Part shown: piece after piece, positions 8,935 through 17,567 of the stretch
Position numbering within the stretch: position 1 is the first letter of the stretch
How the letters are laid out: every line of letters begins with the position of its first letter
Assembly (NCBI GenBank): GCA_041736175.1
Contig: JBGSUI010000056.1
Coordinates: forward strand, 64,001-128,000
Source: Oligoflexales bacterium
Lineage (GTDB): Bacteria > Bdellovibrionota_B > Oligoflexia > Oligoflexales > CAIYRB01
Length of the DNA stretch: 64,000 bases
Reading direction: 5' to 3'
The notes under the pieces: model-generated
What the model saw: the letters and a program-made list of their open reading frames with translations, nothing else
The model's database searches: none
Told to the model about the DNA's origin: nothing
Position numbers and translations under genes: made by a program

Positions 8935-9024
8935 TCTTATCCAAACCGCCCACGGTTAAGGGGGTTTCGATCTTATATTAAGAATCAACCAATACTGGTC
9001 TTTGCGTGGGCGCTTCGGATAAGA
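8935..9024. repeat. MITE-like element / 20-bp terminal inverted repeat
   Basis: TCTTATCCAAACCGCCCACG (8935-8954) vs CGTGGGCGCTTCGGATAAGA (9005-9024), 18/20 complementary, 50-bp spacer. Confidence 0.5.
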
Positions 9025-9145
9025 CTCTCTTCAATTTCAACTGGACCCGGCACTACACTGATAAATTCAATTTTTGCTGTTGAAGACTCTTGAGAGCAGT
9101 AAATACCCAGGGTCTACTTCGAGCAAACTGGCAGTCAGTTTCATA

Positions 9146-10156
9146 TTAGACCGTCGCCATGTCCCGCAGCGCACGATCGATTGGCTCGGCGAGAGCGATA
9201 TTCTGAATGTCTTGCCGTCGCGGAATCCTAGTCGTTAGAATCCCAATGACTTTGCCGAAGGAGTCAAGGACTGGACCACCACTGTTGTTTGGGTTGATTG
9301 CAGCTCCGCTGATCTGAATAAGCCCATGCTCACCATTGTACGATGCATCGGTATTCGAAATGTGTCCGCTCGATAGCGTAGCGAAATCTCCGAGATGCTC
9401 AGGATATCCACACACTAAAATCTCGTCGTTTAGCTCGGACAAAGCTGGACGTCCGAGATCGAGGCAGTAGGCCTCTGGAAGTCCGTGTGCTTCTAGAAAG
9501 ATAATGTCGTGTTTTTTGGACATATGCTTGACAGCCACAGCGAGTGAAAATCCTGTGCGAGGATTACGAATTCTCGGATTCACTAGGTCTTTGAAAACAT
9601 GCTTGGCAGAGGCGATTTCTATTTTCCCTTCATACAAGAGAGCAAATGCTGAGCCGCATACAGAACCGGGTTTGGATTTGATCTCACCCACAACCTGGAG
9701 CGTACTTTCCTTGATGAAGTCCTGTAGGGTCCGGAAGTCCCGATGAAACAAGACTGTCAGACCATGATGGTGCGTGGCCGTCGCCATCCGGTGTGGACTT
9801 TTAATCCAAGTAATTGCTTTGAGGTCGTCAAGAACGCCGTCGTTAGGGATCTTCTCCCAATCCAGATAAAATCGTCCCTTATCGAAGAAGAGAAAGTCGT
9901 TGAGTTCCTTGTTGTCCGAGAGCTGCTTGAATGTCGCTGCGGCATCGGCAAGTGATCCGTATGCCTTGTCCCCGACCGAGAATACAATTCCTTCTGGAAC
10001 AACACTGCGGCCATCGTAGTTCGGCCATAGATCGAAATACCCGCCACCAAATGTGGGCGTGTAATTCAGACCGTAGAGGTGGTGATTTAACCGGCCATCG
10101 CGAGTAAGCATTGAGCGGTAATAGGCCTCGTCGTTGTGTCTAATGATGTTCGTCAT
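9146..10156 (-). CDS. Cytoplasmic trypsin-like serine protease with unknown N-terminal domain
   Basis: Catalytic triad context SAKHV, HDII, PNNSGGPV...GKVIGI; no signal peptide. Confidence 0.8.
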   Translation of the reverse strand: MTNIIRHNDEAYYRSMLTRDGRLNHHLYGLNYTPTFGGGYFDLWPNYDGRSVVPEGIVFSVGDKAYGSLADAAATFKQLSDNKELNDFLFFDKGRFYLDWEKIPNDGVLDDLKAITWIKSPHRMATATHHHGLTVLFHRDFRTLQDFIKESTLQVVGEIKSKPGSVCGSAFALLYEGKIEIASAKHVFKDLVNPRIRNPRTGFSLAVAVKHMSKKHDIIFLEAHGLPEAYCLDLGRPALSELNDEILVCGYPEHLGDFATLSSGHISNTDASYNGEHGLIQISGAAINPNNSGGPVLDSFGKVIGILTTRIPRRQDIQNIALAEPIDRALRDMATV

Positions 10157-10216
10157 GCAATTTCCTTGTCCTAGTTCTGCCGACCAAACTAAGGGGCCTT
10201 GGGGGCTTCGGGGGCT

Positions 10217-11077
10217 CTAGAGCGCATCATTCATGTCAATTTCAAGTCCAGCATGCTTTAGCTCCCGAGCTAGGAGCATGGTCCAAGATCCATCACTTAG
10301 GGGCACATAGACCACGCCATTAATGTCGGATGGCAACTCAACACCTTGGGTATGAAGCGCACAAACACGATGCCTCCCAAGCTTGCCCAGAAAGTATCCG
10401 AGTTCGAGAATCACATTTTGTCTGGCCCTTGTAGTCTTGCTCGATTGCCCGACAGGAGAAGCTTCATCGTCGGGGGTAAGTAGGACGACCGCAAACCCGA
10501 CCTCCGCATGATGTTCGAACTTTTCGATCAGCGTCTTCCCAGCGTTTGGTTGCTCGTGCAGGATAATCGGCTTCAGCTTCAGCTTTTCGAGATACCTTGC
10601 GACCTTGTCTTTGGTCGCATGATCGTGGCCGTGAACCACAAATACTTCTCTGCCGCTGCCAGAGCCCGCTGGCGTCTGACGTCTAACTTGTGCCGACTGC
10701 AATCGTTCCTCGATTAGGGGAAGCCGCTCCTTGATCGACGTCAGTCGATTCATCTGTTCGGAGACTTCCTCCTTGTAGTGGTTCGCCCACCATTGCCAGC
10801 TCGCTCCCACGGGAAACGAGCCACCAACGAATTGGTTATACTCCTTCGCCATTGCCTCGTTGCTGAACAACCGCTTTAGCAGCTCGGTGTTGAAATCGTC
10901 CCAGCGGTCACGGTCGAGTTTGGTGTTTTCAAATTCAGTTTCCGTGCGAAATTGTCTGTCTCGCAGCAACTCCCCCTTCGCATTTTGATCCTGAATCTTA
11001 GCTTCGGCATCAGAACGTGTAACGAGCAGTACTGGGGGTTGAGCTGGCGCCGAGTCCGCGATTTTTTTCCTGGCCAT
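10217..11077 (-). CDS. TIR-like nucleotide-binding protein (CAP12/Pycsar-type TIR domain)
   Basis: C-terminal VFVVHGHD...ILHEQPNAGKTLIEKFE...FAVVLLTPDD...RARQNVILELGYF...LPSDI.G; helical N-terminal domain. Confidence 0.9.
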   Translation of the reverse strand: MARKKIADSAPAQPPVLLVTRSDAEAKIQDQNAKGELLRDRQFRTETEFENTKLDRDRWDDFNTELLKRLFSNEAMAKEYNQFVGGSFPVGASWQWWANHYKEEVSEQMNRLTSIKERLPLIEERLQSAQVRRQTPAGSGSGREVFVVHGHDHATKDKVARYLEKLKLKPIILHEQPNAGKTLIEKFEHHAEVGFAVVLLTPDDEASPVGQSSKTTRARQNVILELGYFLGKLGRHRVCALHTQGVELPSDINGVVYVPLSDGSWTMLLARELKHAGLEIDMNDAL

Positions 11078-11182
11078 GTGGGTTCTTCCTTATCTTTATC
11101 TTCCAAGAGGTTTGATGTTCGTCACAATTCCGGACTCAATTCGTTTACATTTTTGCTGCCTGATGCCAGGCTCGCAGCTTGA

Positions 11183-13057
11183 CTACTCCCTTTGCTGTTT
11201 TCCAGCGCGAAAGGCCGCTGCGAACTTTAACAGCATGAACATCACTGCCGTGGCTTTGACGACATCAAGGGATCGATCTTCAGCCATACCATGATATGCA
11301 AGGTTTCGGATGTTCCACCCAGCTGTCCCCTCAGTCAAATATAGTTTAAAAACATCAATCTCCCTCGACTCGAAACCAAATGACTCGAGTTCGGCGAAAA
11401 GAGATTCAAACATTGAACCATGAATGACCGCTCCAGCCTCCTTTTCCTTATCAACAGAAACGCCATTATTATCGAGCGCGCGGCGTAGGAAACCTTCAAG
11501 ATAGGATATGCCGTACATAATGCACTGAATGGAGTCGCCTGATTTAAAGCCGGCCAGGGATCGGTCAAATTGTGTCGCAAACGCATCATCCCATCCGTCT
11601 GATCCTTCGATAAAATTTCTCAACTCGATATCGTTTGCCGCTATGGACGAGAGGACAGGATATGCTGTCTCACCAAGGAAATAAGTCGCATATTGCATTC
11701 TCGTTTCTTTAGTACGAAAGTCTGGATCAGAATCTGTTCCACCGTCATCGCGGTCACCGACAATTTTTTTAACGCCGATTCGGCTCTTAAGAGGAAACGC
11801 ACCCGCCTCCTCCGCAAGCACTTCTTCTACAGCGGCATCGTCGGGGACGTAGTCAAAGCGAAAAAGCTCCCCGAGCCGCGCTTCTATGCTTGTCTGCGCG
11901 AGGACCCGGGCTGCATACTCTCTCGCTGCGCGGGCGCTGCCAGCATAACCAAAGACGGGCTTCATTGAGGCAACCATTGCCTGAGCTGAAAGCCGTTTTA
12001 GCTTTATGAGGTCTTTTCTTTCTGCGGTGGTCAAACGAGACTTCCCATCGCTCAAAAGGCGTTCGATGATGCCATCCGAAATGCCACCGGGATGCTGCTC
12101 TGCGAACCCTTCTAAAATATCCTTTGACTTGTCCCAGATATCGCTCGCGAAGTCCTTGCGGTCGATTGCTATATACAGATCTATTAGGCGATCGCGGACG
12201 GCTTCAACTGTCCACACATTGCGATTAAGTGCAGCGAGTACCCACTCCTCACGTAGCCCCGCAACGACGGCTTGCAATGACTTGTCGGCCGCTACGGCTT
12301 CTTTCCGGCGCTTTTGACACAAAAAATGGTGGAGGAGACTGGCGAGCCCACATTTCGTCATCGACCGAGAGTTGTGCTGATAGAGGACAAAACGGACGGT
12401 GCAAAGGATGTCGTCTATCGTGGGCACAAGTCCAGTATAACGTGACGCGAGGTTTGCCGCAACCTCCAATGTTGCCAGACCTAATAGTTGAGGAGTACCT
12501 TCAGCATACCTAAAAAGATGACGGGCAGCTTCGATGGCAGACTTAAACAACCTAGCGACAGCAGCTGGTCGATTCGCCTGATCACCCTCATCAAAGGAAA
12601 TGAGGTCGAGTCGAAACCTAAGGGTCGGGTGACCACAAGTTTTATATCGCTCTAAAATTGGGCGATACTCTGGGGCCAATGCAAGTGTACCCCCATAGGG
12701 TGAAACCAGTGGCCCGATTTGACTATTGGCTTTCCAGGGCCGCTGCTTGTCGTCAAATGACGACCGGAGGACTGCCGTAGCAACCTCCACCAGAAAGAGC
12801 GCGGCTCGGCGGTCTTGCGCTGGGATATTGTCTGTGGCGATCCCCAAAGCCTTCCCGTACGAAAAATCCAGCAGATCCGCGACTTCTGCTGTTTCAATAA
12901 GAGCAACAAGTCCGTCTAATGAAGTAACGATCGGGAAGGGCGCCGGTTCAAAGTTAACGGCATGGTCGTTCGCTTTGTCGAGCTTCGACTTCATCCATAC
13001 TTTTGTCACCGATCGCATCCTCCGCCTTTCGCCCCAGCAGCACCAAATTTGTTTCAT
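11183..13057 (-). CDS. DUF4209-family protein with C-terminal HEPN-like RX4H motif
   Basis: C-terminal LEGFLRR...GWNIRNLAYHG; start ATG overlaps the hsdR stop (ATGA at 13054-13057). Confidence 0.7.
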   Translation of the reverse strand: MKQIWCCWGERRRMRSVTKVWMKSKLDKANDHAVNFEPAPFPIVTSLDGLVALIETAEVADLLDFSYGKALGIATDNIPAQDRRAALFLVEVATAVLRSSFDDKQRPWKANSQIGPLVSPYGGTLALAPEYRPILERYKTCGHPTLRFRLDLISFDEGDQANRPAAVARLFKSAIEAARHLFRYAEGTPQLLGLATLEVAANLASRYTGLVPTIDDILCTVRFVLYQHNSRSMTKCGLASLLHHFLCQKRRKEAVAADKSLQAVVAGLREEWVLAALNRNVWTVEAVRDRLIDLYIAIDRKDFASDIWDKSKDILEGFAEQHPGGISDGIIERLLSDGKSRLTTAERKDLIKLKRLSAQAMVASMKPVFGYAGSARAAREYAARVLAQTSIEARLGELFRFDYVPDDAAVEEVLAEEAGAFPLKSRIGVKKIVGDRDDGGTDSDPDFRTKETRMQYATYFLGETAYPVLSSIAANDIELRNFIEGSDGWDDAFATQFDRSLAGFKSGDSIQCIMYGISYLEGFLRRALDNNGVSVDKEKEAGAVIHGSMFESLFAELESFGFESREIDVFKLYLTEGTAGWNIRNLAYHGMAEDRSLDVVKATAVMFMLLKFAAAFRAGKQQRE

Positions 13058-16000
13058 TGCGGTGATTTAGTCACCGATCTGGTCGTTTCTGATCCAGTTG
13101 AGTCCCTGACCACCTCAGGTTCATCGGTCTCTATGGTTAGTCCAAAAACCATATCCGTCACGAATCGTTTGAACGACGGATTCTGAACGAACTGTTTGTA
13201 TACTTCTGTGTCGTCTTTCAAAACTTCTAGCATTACTTTGGCCAGGGCTTTGTCATGCTCAATCCGAGCAGTTTGCGGAGTATTTTGTTTAGCATTTTGA
13301 TAGGATTGGTCTGCGGCTACCTTAGGTGCCACATCGTCGGTAAATCTGCGAATGATGCGGTCCGCATCTTTAAAAAGAGTTCCGAACTGCTCGTTGAATC
13401 CTTTGATGATGTTGGATAGGCGGTCCAACTCAGGTTCCGCCTTGCGACCGCCACCGGCCACAGGGATTGGGGCGATTTCTCCCTCGTTATCGGCTAACGC
13501 GAGTTTCATGATCGCTTGCTTTTCCGCTCGGTAGCTGTCCATGTCAATCGTCTCGAGAATGCCCTTCGCGAGATCTTCCTCTTTTGGTGCCGGCAATTTT
13601 GGGATGAGTAAATTTAGGAGAATTGAGAGTTCTTCCCACGCCGGGTTCGTGTAGGGCAGGATTGATGCTAGGAAATCGTAGGTTCTAGTAAAGGTCTTCG
13701 CCTTGCCTTTGAAATCAACTTGGCCGTTTTCATCCAGCTTAGACTTATAAAAAGCCACACAAGCATCCAAGATTGGATCCAACTTCCTTTCCCTCGACTC
13801 GCCCTTAAGGAAAGATGCGACGAACTGCTTAATTTGTTCATCTGAATACACCTGCCAGGCGTCCAACGCTCCTTTTAGATCATGCAGTTTGTTCGGGTCA
13901 GTCTCTTCACTCAGGACCGTGGTGCGATAGTACGCTGAGAATGATTCAATGATACCGTCGGTATCGTTTTGAAAATCGAGGACAAACACTTCATGTTTGT
14001 CGGGATGAGCGCGATTGAGGCGTGACAGGGTTTGTACGGCTTTGATCCCAGAAAGGGTCTTGTCAACATACATGGTGTGCAAAAGCGGTTCGTCGTATCC
14101 TGTTTGAAATTTCTCAGCACAAACCAGAAACCTATAGGGATCATCCTTGATGCGGTCGGCGATTTCGGAACTTGGAAAGCCGTTGAGGGAAGACTCCGTG
14201 ACCTTTTTGCCTCCGAATTCATGCTCTCCGGAAAACGCGATTATTGCCTTATAGGGGCTCTTTCTCTTTTCAAGATAGGAACTCATCGCTTTGAAATAGT
14301 CATAGGCCCGCTCGACGCCGCTAGTAACGACCATGGCACGTGCTTTTCCTTTGATTTTCCCCAAAGCCATCACTTGCTCATGAAAATGATCAACCATGAT
14401 TTCGGCTTTTAGTTCGATCGCTTTATCGTGACTCTCGACATAGTAACGCAGCTTTTTTTGAGCTTTCTTGACGTCAAATTCAGGGTCGCCAGGGACAGTT
14501 TTGACGAGTTTATAATAGCTGCTTACTGGCGTGTAACTTTTGAGGACATCAAGAATAAATGCCTCTTGGATGGCCTGTTTCATCGTATAACTGTGGAATG
14601 GACGATGTCGAACCTTACCTTCACCGTCTGGCGGCAAGGGGGAGCCGAAAATTTCGAGCGTTTTGTTCTTTGGCGTTGCGGTAAAGGCGAAATAACTGGC
14701 ACTTGACAGCATCTTTCGTGCGGCCATGCGGCGTTCCAATTCCGTGTTAACTGTATCCTCTGGATCCTCTGACTCAGAAAGAGCTGCACTCATAGCAGAG
14801 GCTGTTTTCCCGCCTTGGCTTGAATGTGCTTCGTCGATAATAATCGCGAATGTCTTGCCTTTTTGGTCTGCTATTTCACCAAGGATAAACGGAAATTTTT
14901 GAACTGTGCTGATGATGATCTTTTTGCCGCTCTCGATAAACTTCCGGAGGTCGCCAGAGTTTTCGGCATGACCTACGGTTGCGCCGACCTGTACGAACTG
15001 CTTAATGGTCGCTTCGATTTGCTGGTCGAGTATTCGTCGATCGGTTACTACAATGATCGAGTCAAAGACGATTTTGCCTGATTTTTTAGCCCCGCTAAGT
15101 TGATGGGCTAACCACGCAATGGAATTTGATTTGCCGCTGCCAGCCGAGTGCTGAATTAGGTATCGCTTGCCGGCACCATTAGCGGCCACATCAGCCAGGA
15201 CACGGCGGACGACATCTAGTTGGTGGTAGCGAGGGAACACTTGTTTGAACTTCTTTTTACCGGTTCTCTCGTTCTTTTCTTCGACAACCTGGGCATAGTT
15301 CTCCAGTATATTGGTCAATCCTTGGGGGGTGAGGATCCGTTTCCAAAGGTAGTCTGTCTTGATGCCAGCAGGGTTAGGTGGATTACCGGCTCCATCGTCA
15401 TAACCTTGGTTGAATGGGAGAAACCACGACCGTTTACCCTCAAGATGGGTGCAGAACCGAACTTCGCTGTCATCGACAGCAAAGTGGACTACGCAACGTC
15501 CGAATGCGAACAGTGGTTCGCGAGGGTCACGATCACGTTTGTACTGTTCGACGGCATCTTCTACGGTTTGCTTGGTTAGGCTATTCTTCAACTCGAAAGT
15601 AGCTATAGGCAGCCCGTTTATAAAGCATCCCATGTCGAGTGCTCGCCGCGTCTCATCCCTGCTATAGGCAAACTGCCTTGTGACACTGAAACGATTCTCT
15701 GAATTAAGGGTTTCAGCACGTTGATTGCCTGGGGTTGGCGTTGCGTAAAATAGGTCAAGATGGTGTGCGCCGTGATCGATGCCTTTGCGTAAGACGTCGA
15801 TGACACCTCGTTTGCCAATTTCCTTTTCTAAACGAGCCAAAAAACTACGTCGGGTGGCGCAGTCAGCAGCCAGCCCGAAAGTTTCGACTAAATCAGGCTG
15901 CGTGGCCATAATGAAGCCCCGGAGCTGGACTAGATCGACGCAGTAGCCGCGGTCATAATGCTTCGGATCGCCAAGAATCCATCCGGTACCTCCAGACACC

Positions 16001-16110
16001 GGAGCAGAGTTCTCGGTGGCGATATACGGTGGTTGAATGAGGTGCGTATTGCCTGTCATGGTCCGCATGATGATTGATTCCAGGCCCCGTTCAGTGGTGT
16101 CAGTAGTCAT
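13054..16110 (-). CDS. hsdR: Type I restriction enzyme R subunit
   Basis: Nuclease motif D...NGLPIATFELKN, Walker A QHSAGSGKS, DEAH box, FTATP, TGYDEP, QTLSRLNR. Confidence 0.97.
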   Translation of the reverse strand: MTTDTTERGLESIIMRTMTGNTHLIQPPYIATENSAPVSGGTGWILGDPKHYDRGYCVDLVQLRGFIMATQPDLVETFGLAADCATRRSFLARLEKEIGKRGVIDVLRKGIDHGAHHLDLFYATPTPGNQRAETLNSENRFSVTRQFAYSRDETRRALDMGCFINGLPIATFELKNSLTKQTVEDAVEQYKRDRDPREPLFAFGRCVVHFAVDDSEVRFCTHLEGKRSWFLPFNQGYDDGAGNPPNPAGIKTDYLWKRILTPQGLTNILENYAQVVEEKNERTGKKKFKQVFPRYHQLDVVRRVLADVAANGAGKRYLIQHSAGSGKSNSIAWLAHQLSGAKKSGKIVFDSIIVVTDRRILDQQIEATIKQFVQVGATVGHAENSGDLRKFIESGKKIIISTVQKFPFILGEIADQKGKTFAIIIDEAHSSQGGKTASAMSAALSESEDPEDTVNTELERRMAARKMLSSASYFAFTATPKNKTLEIFGSPLPPDGEGKVRHRPFHSYTMKQAIQEAFILDVLKSYTPVSSYYKLVKTVPGDPEFDVKKAQKKLRYYVESHDKAIELKAEIMVDHFHEQVMALGKIKGKARAMVVTSGVERAYDYFKAMSSYLEKRKSPYKAIIAFSGEHEFGGKKVTESSLNGFPSSEIADRIKDDPYRFLVCAEKFQTGYDEPLLHTMYVDKTLSGIKAVQTLSRLNRAHPDKHEVFVLDFQNDTDGIIESFSAYYRTTVLSEETDPNKLHDLKGALDAWQVYSDEQIKQFVASFLKGESRERKLDPILDACVAFYKSKLDENGQVDFKGKAKTFTRTYDFLASILPYTNPAWEELSILLNLLIPKLPAPKEEDLAKGILETIDMDSYRAEKQAIMKLALADNEGEIAPIPVAGGGRKAEPELDRLSNIIKGFNEQFGTLFKDADRIIRRFTDDVAPKVAADQSYQNAKQNTPQTARIEHDKALAKVMLEVLKDDTEVYKQFVQNPSFKRFVTDMVFGLTIETDEPEVVRDSTGSETTRSVTKSPQ

Positions 16111-17567
16111 TCTGCGGCCTCCTCTTCAAGGGGTTCTGACTCATCAATTAAGTCGGCTTCATCGACTGGCAATTCGAGCGTGGATCCCGCAGGGAGATTC
16201 TTGGCGGCCTCGCGTATATCGAGCTTCCCAGTGACCACGTCGGTGACAAGGCGTGTACGATACTCCAGCATTAGGTCGACTTCACGCTCTATGCGTTGCA
16301 AGGTCGTGTCAATTGCTGCCGTTTGATTTTTAATTGTGGTGACAATTTTACACTGCTCGTCAACTGGAGGAAGAATCATCCAAAGATTTCTGAGGACGCC
16401 TTGTCCGATATTTTGCATTGAACTACTTGCTCCGTTTGTGCTGATTTCGATTTGCGAGCGACTTGTTTTGCAACGCAGTGCGTATACAAGAAAGCGTGAA
16501 TTGAAGCAGTTTGGAAGTGCTCGAAATCGAAAAAGTTTGTCGCAGAGCATAAGATTTCTGCGAGGGTTTTCTGCTAGCGCCGCCAAACCGAGCAGCTCGC
16601 GTGTGTTGGCGCGGCTGACCAAAATGTCACCGTCACGGATTTCCAATGAAGGTTCAGGGCGTAGGAAGGATGGTAGTTTTTTGTTCTGAGCGGCATTGAA
16701 GAAGTCTTTGTTAACACATCCGACCTTCATTACACCCCATTCGCCATCTGCAGCCGGCTGGGCATCGCATTGCGGAGACCAACCTTGTTCGATTCTTGTA
16801 GTACAATGCTTCAATCTGCGAATTGGCCAATGCGCCGGAATATCCCCAAGCCAAGGTATCCCCGACGGCTTGAGTGGCACGGACGGGTCGAGACCGCGGG
16901 TCACGGCGCGGTGGATGATGGCTTGTTTTTGCTCGTTGATTAGCGCGATAACTTTGCGCTTTGCCCGGATCGCTCGCTCGATTCTGCCGTTGGACCAATC
17001 CAAAAAGCGGACTATTGCGGCTTGCTCTTCGAGTGGAGGGAATGACACAGGCTCTGATAAATAGGCTTTCCCATCGAGATTCTGTATTCCTGTGGTCTGT
17101 TTAATGGATCGTGTATTTACTCTGTAAGCGTAAAGTGTAAAGTGTAAGTAATTTACATAAAAATTGTTGTATTCTTCGCCGACCGGCATCCGCGCGACGA
17201 AATTTGAGCATACAGCAGGTTCACCTCGGTCATAGGCAACAACTGCTCCGACAGGCTGCAGATCCCCGCCGCCTGATTTCTCAATAAGCAAATCACCTCT
17301 TTTAAGCATTCTTCGTGATCGCGCTGAAATCGGGATAGCGCGCAGCGTCTTTTTTTTGAGGCTTACCCGTAGATTGACTCGATCAAAATCTGCAACGCGT
17401 ATGCAGACCAGATCGTCTGTACCATTTGGATCTGCTCCCCATATGCCATTAACACATTCCAAAACTGACGATCGCAATCTTCGTATCACCCAGTGATTTG
17501 GCACCATCCCGAGCCAATGTTGCCCCGAGTCCTTATATTTTCCGTAAGGCTTGAGATCTTCAATCAT
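16107..17567 (-). CDS. hsdS: Type I restriction enzyme specificity subunit
   Basis: Two TRDs; conserved repeats SG..WLG..P.HW and PPLEEQ/PPVDEQ; C-terminal YRTRLVTDVVTGKLD. Confidence 0.95.
   Translation of the reverse strand: MIEDLKPYGKYKDSGQHWLGMVPNHWVIRRLRSSVLECVNGIWGADPNGTDDLVCIRVADFDRVNLRVSLKKKTLRAIPISARSRRMLKRGDLLIEKSGGGDLQPVGAVVAYDRGEPAVCSNFVARMPVGEEYNNFYVNYLHFTLYAYRVNTRSIKQTTGIQNLDGKAYLSEPVSFPPLEEQAAIVRFLDWSNGRIERAIRAKRKVIALINEQKQAIIHRAVTRGLDPSVPLKPSGIPWLGDIPAHWPIRRLKHCTTRIEQGWSPQCDAQPAADGEWGVMKVGCVNKDFFNAAQNKKLPSFLRPEPSLEIRDGDILVSRANTRELLGLAALAENPRRNLMLCDKLFRFRALPNCFNSRFLVYALRCKTSRSQIEISTNGASSSMQNIGQGVLRNLWMILPPVDEQCKIVTTIKNQTAAIDTTLQRIEREVDLMLEYRTRLVTDVVTGKLDIREAAKNLPAGSTLELPVDEADLIDESEPLEEEAAE

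Noticed and set aside
10217..11077. Complete CBASS, Pycsar or Thoeris system
   Set aside because: No cyclase, STING/cNMP sensor or ThsA partner recognised nearby
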